Positions 8,448 through 17,256 of a stretch of 32,000 nucleotides of DNA are shown one piece after another. The notes beneath the pieces were generated by a model. That model was not told the DNA's origin. It was given only the letters and a program-made list of their open reading frames with translations, and ran no database searches. Position 1 is the first letter of the stretch, and every line of letters begins with the position of its first letter. Origin of the DNA: Moraxella nasicaprae (GTDB taxonomy: Bacteria; Pseudomonadota; Gammaproteobacteria; Pseudomonadales; Moraxellaceae); NCBI RefSeq assembly GCF_025643275.1, contig NZ_CP089977.1, positions 600,001 through 632,000 of the forward strand, in the 5' to 3' direction. A program made the position numbers and the translations under genes.

Positions 8448-10763
8448 ATGACTATTGAAAATGACACCGCATCTATCAATGATGCCGATCTAAAAAAACA
8501 GCAGTTTGAACAAGCTGCCTTGCACTATCACGAACACCCACGCCCTGGTAAAATCAGCGTTACCCCAACCAAACAAATCGCCAACCAGCGAGATTTGGCA
8601 TTGGCATACTCGCCAGGCGTTGCTGTGCCATGTCTTGAAATCGAAAAAGACCCAAAACTTGCCGCCAAATATACCGCTCGTAACAATCTGGTTGGTGTCA
8701 TTACCAACGGTACAGCCGTGCTTGGCTTGGGCAACATCGGTGCATTAGCCTCAAAACCTGTGATGGAAGGCAAAGGCGTACTGTTTAAGAAATTTGCTGG
8801 TATTGATGTATTTGACATCGAAATCGACCAAAACGACCCAGACAAGTTCATCGAAGCAGTGGCAAGTCTTGAACCCACTTTTGGTGGTATCAACCTAGAA
8901 GACATCAAAGCCCCAGAATGCTTCAAAATCGAAAGAGAATTGCGTGAACGCATGAACATTCCTGTGTTTCACGATGACCAGCACGGTACAGCCATCATTG
9001 CTGCCGCTGCCTTATTGAACGCCCTAAAAATCGTCAATAAAAACATCGCTGACATCAAAGTTGTCTGCTCTGGTGCTGGTGCTGCTGCCATCTCTTGCCT
9101 AGAACTCATCATTGCACTTGGTGCGACTCGCTCCAACATCTTTGTGCTAGATTCTCGTGGTGTCATCACCAATCGTCGTGAAAATCTGGACGAATCCAAA
9201 CAACGCTTCGCTCAGGACTCTGATGCCACTACTTTGGACGAAGTCATCACTGACGCTGACTTTTTCTTGGGTCTGTCAGGACCTGGCATTCTAAGCCAAG
9301 AAATGGTCAAACGCATGGCAAAAGACCCTATTATCTTTGCCCTTGCCAACCCAACCCCTGAAATCATGCCTGAGCTTGCTCACGCTGCTCGTCCTGATGT
9401 CATCATGGCAACGGGTCGTTCTGATTATCCAAACCAAGTCAATAATGCCCTGTGTTTCCCTTACATTTTCCGTGGTGCATTAGATGTGGGTGCAACCATT
9501 GTCAATGAAGAGATGAAGATTGCTTGTGTTCACGCCATCGCAGCGATGGCTCACACCGAAGAGTCTTTGGAAGAAACCAAAAAGAGTGCAGGCTTAGGCA
9601 GACAATTTGGTCGTGAATACCTCATTCCAGGACCACTAGAACCAAATCTTATCCTAAATATCGCCCCAGCCGTTGCAAAAGCTGCAATGGATAGCGGTGT
9701 GGCAACTTTGCCAATCGAAGATTTTGATGCTTACCGCCAAAAACTTTCTGAGTTCGTCTATAACTCAGCATTGGCAATGAAGCCTGTCTTTACCCAAGCC
9801 AAATCTGCACCAAAACGCATCGTGTACTGTGAAGGCGAAGATCCAAATGTCCTTCGTGCCGTGCAAGTGGTGGTTGATGAAAACATGGCACAGCCAATCC
9901 TGATTGGTCGTCCCGATGTCATTCAAGCACAGATTGACGCATTGGGCTTGCGTCTGACTTTGGGCAGCAATGTACAAGTAGTGGATTTAAACAACAATCC
10001 AAAATATGAAGACTACTGGAAATTCTACCACAAGAACAATCAACGCTTGGGCGTTTCTGAGGAACTGGCTCGCCGTGATGTTCGCCGTAAGTCAACCCTG
10101 CTGGGTGCATTGATGGTTGAAAAAGGTGACGCTGATGGTATGCTGTGTGGTACTTTTGGTTACTACGATTTACATCTAAACTATGTTCGCCGTGTGATTG
10201 GCAAAAAAGACAGCGTCAGCGACCTGTACGCCATGAGCGGTGTCATCATGCAAAATCGCACGCTATTCATCGCGGACCCTTATATCCACGAAGACCCAAC
10301 CGCTGAGCAAATCGCTGAGATGACCGTACTGGCAGCTCAAAGCGTGCGTCGTTTTGGTGTTGAGCCTCGTGTGGCGTTGCTGTCGCATTCTGATTTTGGT
10401 ACTTCAAACCGTGAATCCGCCCAAAAAATGCGTCAAGTTCACGACTTATTGACTCAGATGAATGTTGATTTTGAATTTGATGGCGAAATGCACGGCGATA
10501 CCGCTCTTGATGTGCGTATCCGTGAAGAAAACCACCCATTTAGCACCCTAAAAGGTTCGGCAAACCTACTGATTATGCCAACTTTGGACGCAGCTCACAT
10601 CTCGTTCAACTTACTAAAATCAGCCACAGGTTCAGCAACCATCGGTCCAATCCTATTGGGTGCTGACAAGCCTGCACACATCTTGGTGCCGTCATCAACC
10701 GCTCGTCGTATCGTGAATATGACCGCCATTGTGGTGACAGACGCACAGCAAAACGACAAATAA
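8448..10763 (+). CDS. maeB: NADP-dependent malic enzyme (malic enzyme domain fused to a C-terminal phosphotransacetylase-like domain)
   Basis: The track ORF starts at TTG 8442; ATG 8448 gives MTIENDT. The 771-aa product has malic-enzyme N-terminal and NAD(P)-binding regions ([13 protein letters not shown]) followed by about 330 aa of PTA-like domain. This is the typical MaeB architecture. Confidence 0.95.
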   Translation: MTIENDTASINDADLKKQQFEQAALHYHEHPRPGKISVTPTKQIANQRDLALAYSPGVAVPCLEIEKDPKLAAKYTARNNLVGVITNGTAVLGLGNIGALASKPVMEGKGVLFKKFAGIDVFDIEIDQNDPDKFIEAVASLEPTFGGINLEDIKAPECFKIERELRERMNIPVFHDDQHGTAIIAAAALLNALKIVNKNIADIKVVCSGAGAAAISCLELIIALGATRSNIFVLDSRGVITNRRENLDESKQRFAQDSDATTLDEVITDADFFLGLSGPGILSQEMVKRMAKDPIIFALANPTPEIMPELAHAARPDVIMATGRSDYPNQVNNALCFPYIFRGALDVGATIVNEEMKIACVHAIAAMAHTEESLEETKKSAGLGRQFGREYLIPGPLEPNLILNIAPAVAKAAMDSGVATLPIEDFDAYRQKLSEFVYNSALAMKPVFTQAKSAPKRIVYCEGEDPNVLRAVQVVVDENMAQPILIGRPDVIQAQIDALGLRLTLGSNVQVVDLNNNPKYEDYWKFYHKNNQRLGVSEELARRDVRRKSTLLGALMVEKGDADGMLCGTFGYYDLHLNYVRRVIGKKDSVSDLYAMSGVIMQNRTLFIADPYIHEDPTAEQIAEMTVLAAQSVRRFGVEPRVALLSHSDFGTSNRESAQKMRQVHDLLTQMNVDFEFDGEMHGDTALDVRIREENHPFSTLKGSANLLIMPTLDAAHISFNLLKSATGSATIGPILLGADKPAHILVPSSTARRIVNMTAIVVTDAQQNDK

Positions 10764-10782
10764 TCCACTTATTTGTTCATGC

Positions 10783-10816
10783 AAAACGCCAATTCTTGAT
10801 GGATTGGCGTTTTTTA
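10783..10816 (+). terminator. Rho-independent terminator after maeB
   Basis: AAAACGCCAAT-tcttgatgg-ATTGGCGTTTT is followed by TTAT. Confidence 0.85.
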
Positions 10817-10937
10817 TACCATAAGCCCTCTACTTGGTTTAAAAATAATCATCGCCACATTCAATCATCTTACTATGGTTTTTTTAACCAAAACTTGCTA
10901 TATTAAATCCATCTTTTCTTTTTTTATATCAATAATC

Positions 10938-12113
10938 ATGCAAGTTTTTTTGGTTGGTGGTGCGGTTCGTGACGCTTTGCTGGGACTACCCATCAAAGAC
11001 AAAGATTTTATGGTGGTCGGTGCTACGCCAGCACAACTATTGTCGGCAGGCTTTGCCCAAGTTGGGGCAGATTTTCCTGTGTTTTTGCACCCTGATAGCC
11101 ATCACGAGTACGCCCTTGCTCGTGTGGAGCGAAAAAACGGTCAAGGCTATCAAGGCTTTGCTACCGACACAACAGGGGTTAGCCTTGCCGATGACCTACT
11201 AAGACGAGATTTAACCATCAATGCCCTTGCCATCGAGGTAAACGGACTGTTTGACGATACGCCAAAGACAGGGCAAGTCATTGATTTTTATAATGGTTTG
11301 GAAGATTTAAAACAAAAAATCCTACGCCATATCTCCCCTGCCTTTACCGAAGACCCTTTACGCATTTTACGCACGGTGCGTTTTTTGGCTCGTTATCATC
11401 AGTTGGGCTTTAAAATTGCCGATGAGACCATCTGCCTTATGCAACAAATGGCACAAAATGGCGAATTGGGGCATTTAAGCCGTGAACGCTTATGGGCGGA
11501 AAGTGTCAAAGCGATGGAGGCTGGTACGGCTCATATTTATTGGCAAAGTTTAAAGACGCTAAATATTTTGCCCTATTTTTTAAAAGCATTAGATGACTGC
11601 TGGCAAGATGAATTGGTTTTTAAAAAGGTCATTGAGCGATTAGACTTGGCAAAAAAAGATAATATGGCGGTACAATTTGCCATTTTATGTAGTGGCTATT
11701 TGAAAAATAACGAGTTAAATAAAGCGTTAATTAAACAAATCGCTCATCAATTAAACGCCCCAAAACACCCAATACATATCGCCAATCTCTTAACAGACTT
11801 TTATGATATTTTTAATCAAACACCAAAAGCGGTAGATATTATCAATTTAATAGAAAAAACCAAAGCTCATCAAGGCAATCGACAAACGCTTGATGACACC
11901 TTGACTGCCATTTTTTTGATGAAACAAGATGCTGACGATGGATACAGCCACGCAGTCAAACTCTTAGATACCGCTATCGCCATTTATAAGGACATTAGCA
12001 TCAAGGATATTGATGAGAATTTGACTGGCAAAGAGATTGGCTTGGCACTACATCAATTAAGAATCAAACAAATACAGCAACTACTTGACGAGACACCAGC
12101 TCATGACCAATAA
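10938..12113 (+). CDS. cca: CCA-adding tRNA nucleotidyltransferase
   Basis: The track ORF is trimmed to ATG 10938, giving MQVFLVGGAVRDALLGLPIKDKDFMVVG...RRDLTINALA. This head domain is near-collinear with E. coli Cca. The C-terminal half is divergent (see finding). Confidence 0.93.
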   Translation: MQVFLVGGAVRDALLGLPIKDKDFMVVGATPAQLLSAGFAQVGADFPVFLHPDSHHEYALARVERKNGQGYQGFATDTTGVSLADDLLRRDLTINALAIEVNGLFDDTPKTGQVIDFYNGLEDLKQKILRHISPAFTEDPLRILRTVRFLARYHQLGFKIADETICLMQQMAQNGELGHLSRERLWAESVKAMEAGTAHIYWQSLKTLNILPYFLKALDDCWQDELVFKKVIERLDLAKKDNMAVQFAILCSGYLKNNELNKALIKQIAHQLNAPKHPIHIANLLTDFYDIFNQTPKAVDIINLIEKTKAHQGNRQTLDDTLTAIFLMKQDADDGYSHAVKLLDTAIAIYKDISIKDIDENLTGKEIGLALHQLRIKQIQQLLDETPAHDQ

Positions 12114-12876
12114 AGTCGCTCTCATCACAGGTGGAGCAAAACGCATCGGAGCCAGCATCAGCCAATTACTGCACGCCAATGGTTTTGATGTCATCATCCA
12201 TCATAGCACCAGTATCCAGCACGCTCATGCTTTGGTTAATGAGTGTAATGCCATTCGCCCCAATTCTGCCAAGTGTGTACAAGCAGATTTGGGTATTGTC
12301 AATGATTCATTGGCATTGCAACGATTTTATCAACAAGTGATGGATTGTTTTGGCAGGCTTGATGTACTGGTGCATAACGCATCAAGTTTTTATGCCACAC
12401 CGCTTGATGGTGATATTGAACAACTACATCAACAATGGGACGACTTATTTTTGACCAATGCCAAAGCACCCTTATTTTTAAGTCGGCTGTTTTTGGACGA
12501 ATTGACACACAATCAAGGCAACATGGTCAGCATTTTAGACATTCATGCCAATGACAAGCCTTTTGTTGGCTATCCCATCTACAATATGGCAAAAGCCGCT
12601 CATCGCATGATGGTGCAAAGTCTTGCCCTAGAACTTGCCCCAAAGGTGCGTATCAATGGCGTATCGCCAGGCGTGAATATTTTTCCAGATGACAACAGTA
12701 ACGCCCAGCTCAATGATGACACCAAGGCACTCTTGACTGACTCCATACCGCTTGCCTGTATTGGTACGCCAGAGGACATCGCCCAAGCGGTGCTATTTTT
12801 TACCAACACCCCTTACATCACAGGGCAAGTTCTGGCGGTGGACGGTGGGCGAAGTTTGACGCTCAAAGGCGGTTAG
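12103..12876 (+). CDS. Short-chain dehydrogenase, pteridine reductase / FolM-PTR1-like
   Basis: The ATG at 12103 (MTNKVALITGGAKRIGASI) overlaps the cca stop by 11 nt. It has the TGxxxRxG cofactor motif typical of FolM/PTR1, plus NASS, YNMAKAA (YxxxK) and PG. Confidence 0.85.
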   Translation: MTNKVALITGGAKRIGASISQLLHANGFDVIIHHSTSIQHAHALVNECNAIRPNSAKCVQADLGIVNDSLALQRFYQQVMDCFGRLDVLVHNASSFYATPLDGDIEQLHQQWDDLFLTNAKAPLFLSRLFLDELTHNQGNMVSILDIHANDKPFVGYPIYNMAKAAHRMMVQSLALELAPKVRINGVSPGVNIFPDDNSNAQLNDDTKALLTDSIPLACIGTPEDIAQAVLFFTNTPYITGQVLAVDGGRSLTLKGG

Positions 12877-12880
12877 ACTT

Positions 12881-13216
12881 ATGCTCAGCTGTGTTTTAAA
12901 TACACTAAAACGCTTCATTACTTTGTGCGTGATTGCCCTATGTTTGGCGTTTGTCTTGGCGTACATGACAAGTTTTGCTCCCGCCCCTGATGTGGTAGAG
13001 TTTGATGATTGGGGCTGGTGCGAAGGTTATGCCACTGCCGATGATTGTGATGTTGGACTGCGTAGTGATGGCAATTTATCAGGACGAATTTTTGTAAAAT
13101 ATCTTAGCGATTGGTTTTTTATCATCTTACCCATTACAGCACTTGTGTATTTGCTTGGGCTTGTGTTTGTGTGGTTGCGGCAAAAAATAAAAAAAGCATT
13201 TTGGCGTGATGAGTAA
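12881..13216 (+). CDS. Hypothetical small membrane protein (2 TM, acidic Cys-containing loop)
   Basis: 111 aa, starting 4 nt after the SDR stop. TM1 is FITLCVIALCLAFVLAYM, the loop is VVEFDDWGWCEGYATADDCDVGLRSDGN, and TM2 is FFIILPITALVYLLGLVFVWL, followed by a basic tail. I recognise no family. Confidence 0.55.
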   Translation: MLSCVLNTLKRFITLCVIALCLAFVLAYMTSFAPAPDVVEFDDWGWCEGYATADDCDVGLRSDGNLSGRIFVKYLSDWFFIILPITALVYLLGLVFVWLRQKIKKAFWRDE

Positions 13217-13284
13217 TGACAAATAACACAATCCATCTATGTTACCAAATTCTTGCAAAAACTTACCCAATCGTTAAAAACCAT

Positions 13285-13313
13285 TTGGCTTTTTAATAAT
13301 TTTATTGTAGAAT
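13285..13313 (+). promoter_or_regulatory. Candidate sigma70 promoter TTGGCT-N17-TAGAAT for the permease gene
   Basis: The -35 is at 13285-13290 and the -10 at 13308-13313. This would give a leader of about 210 nt. This is a motif-level call only. Confidence 0.35.
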
Positions 13314-13531
13314 GTGCCGTCTTTTTGTGTCTTTGGCAAAAGACAATATTTGGTTTTTATAAATTGGAGTAAGATAGCATAATCAAATTTCAAACACGCC
13401 CGCTAACAGATTTTATGATAAGTCATTGATTTATCGACATTTATAATCTGCCAAAAGTAAGTTTGATGGGTATTAAGCAATCTAAAACGCCTTTTCTTTT
13501 GCGTTCCTAAACGCTTGTGGAGGATTTTTCA

Positions 13532-14932
13532 TTGAGTACACCTGTTACTGCCCTTAATAATGTTGCTAAGTTGCAACGAAATCTTGGTCTCTGGCATGTC
13601 ATCATCATCGGTCTTGCCTATATCCAGCCAATGACCCTACTAGACACCTTTGGACAAGTCTCAGAGGCAAGCCTTGGGCATGTGCCAATGTCATACGTCT
13701 TTGCCTTGATTGCGATTTTGCTAACTTCTATCAGTTATGGGCATATGATTAAAGCCTATCCATCATCAGGCTCGGCTTACACCTACACCCAAAGAGCCAT
13801 CAACCCATCAATGGGCTTTATGGTCGGTTGGTCGTCTTGGCTTGATTATCTACTTTCACCTCTTGTCAATATCATTTTGGCAGTGGGCTATTTGACCGCT
13901 CTATTTCCCGATGTCAATCACTGGGTTTGGGTCATTGGCTTAACAGGCTTGATGACTGGGGTAAACCTATTTGGCTCAAAAGTGGTGGCATATTTTAATA
14001 GCTGGATTGTGTTTGTTCAGCTTGCAGTGATTGCCATTTTTGTGTTTATGACCTTTCAGCAACTCAACGCAGGAGTCAATGCTGATGGTACGATTGATGT
14101 ATCTGCCAGCTATCAAATGTGGAGCCTTGACCCATTTTGGAACAATATGACTTCTGTAACGGCAGTGATTACAGGGGCAACCATTTTGTGCTTCTCGTTT
14201 ACAGGATTTGATGCTTTATCCAGTCTTGCCGAAGAGACCAAAGATGTCAAAAACACTCTACCCAAAGCAATGTTCCTAACTTCTTTAATCGCAGGGATTA
14301 TCTTTATTATCAGCACCTATTTTATGCAACTGTATTTCCCAAAAGAAGCTGTGGGCTATTTTGGGAAAGAAGCTATTTCTGATGGCACACAACCTGCCAT
14401 TTTATTGGCAGTGGGTGGTGCAGTATTTCAAGGTTGGGTGCTTGGCTTTGCCATTGTAACGGTAATGGCATCAGGCATTTCGGCACACGCAGGTGTCTCT
14501 CGTCTGATGTATGTGATGGGGCGTGATGGGGTCATTAGCCAAAAATTCTTTGGTAAGATTCACGAAAAACTGCTAACACCTGTCAATAACATTTTGCTGG
14601 CAGGGGCAATTTCCTTGACCGCAGGCTTTATTGAGCTGGATACAGTAGTGGACTTGATTAGCTTTGGGGCATTGACTGCATTTAGTTTTGTGAATTTATC
14701 GGTACTATTTCACTACGCTGCTCGCCACAAACGCAACAAAACAGGTAAAGACATTGCCAATTATATTATCATTCCAACACTGGGCTTTATTTCGGTCATT
14801 GCGATGTGGTTTAATACCACCCAGCAAGCCTTTTTGGTTGGCATTAGTTGGGCATTTATTGGCTTTATTTGGCTTGGCATCAAAACTTCTGGCTTTAAAA
14901 AGCCTGTCCCACAATATCGTGAAGACACCTGA
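13532..14932 (+). CDS. APC-superfamily amino acid/polyamine permease, PuuP/PlaP-like (putrescine importer-like)
   Basis: The track ORF starts at GTG 13517 with no SD. An in-frame TTG at 13532 lies 7 nt after GGAGGA (13519-13524). It has 12 TMs and extended similarity to my recollection of E. coli PuuP (LW.V...GLAY..PMT..DTFG.VS....GHVP.SY..., GSAYTY.Q..INP..GFMVGWSS.LDY, VSRL.YVMGRD). Confidence 0.88.
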   Translation: MSTPVTALNNVAKLQRNLGLWHVIIIGLAYIQPMTLLDTFGQVSEASLGHVPMSYVFALIAILLTSISYGHMIKAYPSSGSAYTYTQRAINPSMGFMVGWSSWLDYLLSPLVNIILAVGYLTALFPDVNHWVWVIGLTGLMTGVNLFGSKVVAYFNSWIVFVQLAVIAIFVFMTFQQLNAGVNADGTIDVSASYQMWSLDPFWNNMTSVTAVITGATILCFSFTGFDALSSLAEETKDVKNTLPKAMFLTSLIAGIIFIISTYFMQLYFPKEAVGYFGKEAISDGTQPAILLAVGGAVFQGWVLGFAIVTVMASGISAHAGVSRLMYVMGRDGVISQKFFGKIHEKLLTPVNNILLAGAISLTAGFIELDTVVDLISFGALTAFSFVNLSVLFHYAARHKRNKTGKDIANYIIIPTLGFISVIAMWFNTTQQAFLVGISWAFIGFIWLGIKTSGFKKPVPQYREDT

Positions 14933-14962
14933 TTGTTTGGCATATTTCAAACATCAGTCCAT

Positions 14963-14997
14963 AAAAATATCCCCAAATTTTGGGGATATTTTTTTAT
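14963..14997. terminator. Bidirectional terminator between the convergent permease and TetR genes
   Basis: ATATCCCC-aaatttt-GGGGATAT is flanked by an A-run upstream and T7 downstream. Confidence 0.85.
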
Positions 14998-15005
14998 TAA
15001 GATTA

Positions 15006-15614
15006 TCATTCATCAGACTTAGGGTATAAGGCAGGTAAGTCCAGCATTTGCTTAACTAAGGCGAATTTTAGGGAGTCTCGACTGCCCAAATAAATCTGAT
15101 AAAAACTAGAATTAAGCAAACTTGCCCCACCATGACCCACCGCCCAGATGGTCGAAAGATAATCACGGCTACTCATCGTGCTGTTTTGCTCTTGTAGATA
15201 TGCCGTGGCGATTTGCTCAACTTTTGCCATACGCTTGCGGCGAATGTGATATAATTTGGCAAACAAATCATTTAGCCCAAGCACCGTTGATGATAATCTT
15301 TCTTCGATGTGGTTAAACAGCACCGCTCTTTGGGGCAGGTTGAGCATTTGTAGCACCATGCGTGCAATCCCTGCTGCCGCACCATCATTGACATCATTCA
15401 TGCCAAACAGTCGATTTTCATAATCAATCAAAATTCGCAACAGTAGTTCATCTTTACTGGCAAAATGCTTGTACAAAGTACCCTTTGCCAAGTCTAATTG
15501 TAGGGCAAGACTGTCTAGCGTCAAATCGCCCTCGCCAGATTCTAGCAATAATTGCTCAGCGGTTTGCAAAATCTTGCTTTCTCTGTCTTCAAACTTCTGT
15601 TTGCGGTCGGTCAT
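15006..15614 (-). CDS. TetR/AcrR-family transcriptional regulator (DesT-like by context)
   Basis: The ATG at 15614 gives MTDRKQKFEDRESKILQTAEQLLLESGEGDLTLDSLALQLDLAKGTLYKHFASKDELL, a TetR HTH. It is divergent from a desaturase gene. Confidence 0.9.
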   Translation of the reverse strand: MTDRKQKFEDRESKILQTAEQLLLESGEGDLTLDSLALQLDLAKGTLYKHFASKDELLLRILIDYENRLFGMNDVNDGAAAGIARMVLQMLNLPQRAVLFNHIEERLSSTVLGLNDLFAKLYHIRRKRMAKVEQIATAYLQEQNSTMSSRDYLSTIWAVGHGGASLLNSSFYQIYLGSRDSLKFALVKQMLDLPALYPKSDE

Positions 15615-15637
15615 AATCACGGTATTCTTATTGAGAT

Positions 15638-15662
15638 TATCAACGCTTGTTTCTCGTTGATA
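15638..15662. promoter_or_regulatory. Inverted repeat TATCAACG-N9-CGTTGATA (candidate TetR operator or 5'-UTR hairpin)
   Basis: The 8-bp arms are perfect and lie 24 nt upstream of the TetR ATG in the TetR/desaturase divergent region. Confidence 0.35.
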
Positions 15663-15869
15663 TTGTTGGATTTTTAATGGGCAATTATAGCAAAATTAAC
15701 ACCGTCAATATATGTTATTTTTGCTAAAAAACCATCAAAATCGTGTCAAAAAGTACGCCAAATATCTCGCTATTGTTGCATTTTTATCCAGTTGGTTGAG
15801 CTATTTAAGATAATATTTGATTTTATCAATGAAAATGATTTTTAAAACTTCGCAAAATAATGTGAATAA

Positions 15870-15899
15870 TTGTACACTTTAATAATGCTTTATGATAAT
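15870..15899 (+). promoter_or_regulatory. Candidate sigma70 promoter TTGTAC-N18-GATAAT for the desaturase gene
   Basis: This is a motif match about 80 nt upstream of the ATG at 15979. Confidence 0.3.
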
Positions 15900-15978
15900 A
15901 TAGGAAAAGCAGCCAAAGCAAGTGTCAAAATACTTACTTAGCCAAAGTTTGCAATCTGTTTTTATAAGGCTTTCTCCT

Positions 15979-17157
15979 ATGAGCATTGAACGCAATCCTG
16001 AAAGTTTTGACAATGCACCCATCAACTGGGTACCTGCCATTGTCCTGCTTTCCACACCGATTTTAGCAATCATTTTAGTGCCATGGTATCTATGGACACA
16101 CGGCACTACCCCTGCTGTTTGGACAGCTTTTGCCTTTTTTATGGCTTGGACAGGGCTATCGATTACCGCAGGTTATCATCGTCTATGGGCTCATAAATCT
16201 TATGAAGCACACCCGATTGTCAAATATTTTTTATTATTGGGTGCAACACTGGCTGTCCAAAGCTCAGCCTTTGACTGGTGTTCAGGACATCGTACGCACC
16301 ATCGCCATGTCGATGATGAATATGACGACCCGTACTCATCAGCTCGTGGTTTTTGGTTTAGTCATATGCAATGGATGCTAAAAAAATACCCAAGCGGTCA
16401 ATATGACTACAAAAATATCCCTGACCTAAAAAAAGATAAAGTGCTGACCCTACAACATAAATATTATGGTCTATGGGCGGTCTTGACCAATGTGGTCGTT
16501 GTGGGCATTGCAGGTCTTATTACAGGCGATATGCTGGGGACTTTTTTGATTACAGGTCTGCTGCGTTTGGTTTTGACCCATCATTTTACTTTTTTCATCA
16601 ATTCTTTGTGCCATATGATTGGCTCTCGTCCTTATACCGATGAAAATACCGCACGAGACAACCCTGTATTAGCAGTATTGACTTGGGGCGAAGGCTATCA
16701 CAACTATCATCACTATTTCCAATACGATTATCGCAATGGCGTCAAATGGTGGCAATACGACCCAACCAAATGGTTCATCGCTACTTTATCAAAAATCGGA
16801 TTGGCCTCTGAACTTAAAAGAGTTGATGACCTGACCATCAAGCACGCCGAAGTAACGATGCAATTTAAGCGAGCCCAAGAACGCATCGCCAAAGGTGGTG
16901 AGCCAACTTTGGACGACAGACTTAATGCTTTTAAAGAACGCATCAATGCTGAATATGAAGCATTTACCAAAACGGTCGAAGAATGGCACGCTCTAAAAGC
17001 CAAATCCATCGAGCTAAAACGAGCCAAACTAAGCTCAAAAATTACCGAAGCAGATGAACGCCTAAAAGCTCAGTTTGCCCAAGTAGAAGCCAAAATTCGA
17101 GCACACAGCGAGCATATTGAACAGGCGTTTTTACAACTCAAAGGTAAAATCGCCTAG
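15979..17157 (+). CDS. Membrane acyl-CoA (delta-9 type) fatty-acid desaturase
   Basis: The track ORF starts at GTG 15922; ATG 15979 gives MSIERNPESF. It has three His boxes, HRLWAH, HRTHHRH and HNYHHYF, and 4 TMs. About 110 aa of predicted coiled coil lie at the C-terminus (KRAQERIAKG...AFLQLKGKIA). Confidence 0.9.
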   Translation: MSIERNPESFDNAPINWVPAIVLLSTPILAIILVPWYLWTHGTTPAVWTAFAFFMAWTGLSITAGYHRLWAHKSYEAHPIVKYFLLLGATLAVQSSAFDWCSGHRTHHRHVDDEYDDPYSSARGFWFSHMQWMLKKYPSGQYDYKNIPDLKKDKVLTLQHKYYGLWAVLTNVVVVGIAGLITGDMLGTFLITGLLRLVLTHHFTFFINSLCHMIGSRPYTDENTARDNPVLAVLTWGEGYHNYHHYFQYDYRNGVKWWQYDPTKWFIATLSKIGLASELKRVDDLTIKHAEVTMQFKRAQERIAKGGEPTLDDRLNAFKERINAEYEAFTKTVEEWHALKAKSIELKRAKLSSKITEADERLKAQFAQVEAKIRAHSEHIEQAFLQLKGKIA

Positions 17158-17165
17158 TCCAAACG

Positions 17166-17200
17166 AACAAGCCCCACGCCAGCGTTGGGGTTTGTTTTTT
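17166..17200 (+). terminator. Rho-independent terminator after the desaturase gene
   Basis: AACAAGCCCCA-cgccagcgt-TGGGGTTTGTT (one G:U pair) is followed by TTTT. Confidence 0.8.
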
Positions 17201-17202
17201 CA

Positions 17203-17231
17203 TTGTGCCAGCATCTCTGACGGCTTATAAT
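17203..17231 (+). promoter_or_regulatory. Candidate sigma70 promoter TTGTGC-N17-TATAAT for selO
   Basis: The -35 is at 17203-17208 and a perfect -10 at 17226-17231, 25 nt before the selO ATG. Confidence 0.4.
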
Positions 17232-17256
17232 ACTCTTATTTTTTGATAATCCAATC

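Noticed and set aside
8528-8959. 143-aa minus-strand ORF and several 60-90-aa ORFs (8506..8748, 8969..9199, 9765..10110, 10267..10539) within maeB
   Set aside because: All overlap the full-length, highly conserved MaeB frame. I see no independent signals, so they are shadow ORFs.
10875-10937. N-terminal extensions offered by the ORF track (cca from 10875, ADH from 26045, pilV from 2810, desaturase from 15922, SDR from 12085)
   Set aside because: In each case an internal ATG restores the canonical family N-terminus (MQVFLVGGAVRD, MTTMKAMTYYG, MNRQGGFSLLE, MSIERN, MTNKVALITGG). For the ADH only, that ATG also has a clearly better SD (AGGAG 6 nt upstream). The extensions are AT-rich read-through of upstream non-coding DNA or of the neighbouring gene.
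13316-13322. GCCGTCT heptamer reminiscent of the Neisseria DNA uptake sequence (GCCGTCTGAA)
   Set aside because: Only 7 of 10 positions match, it is a single copy, and the organism does not look like Neisseriaceae.
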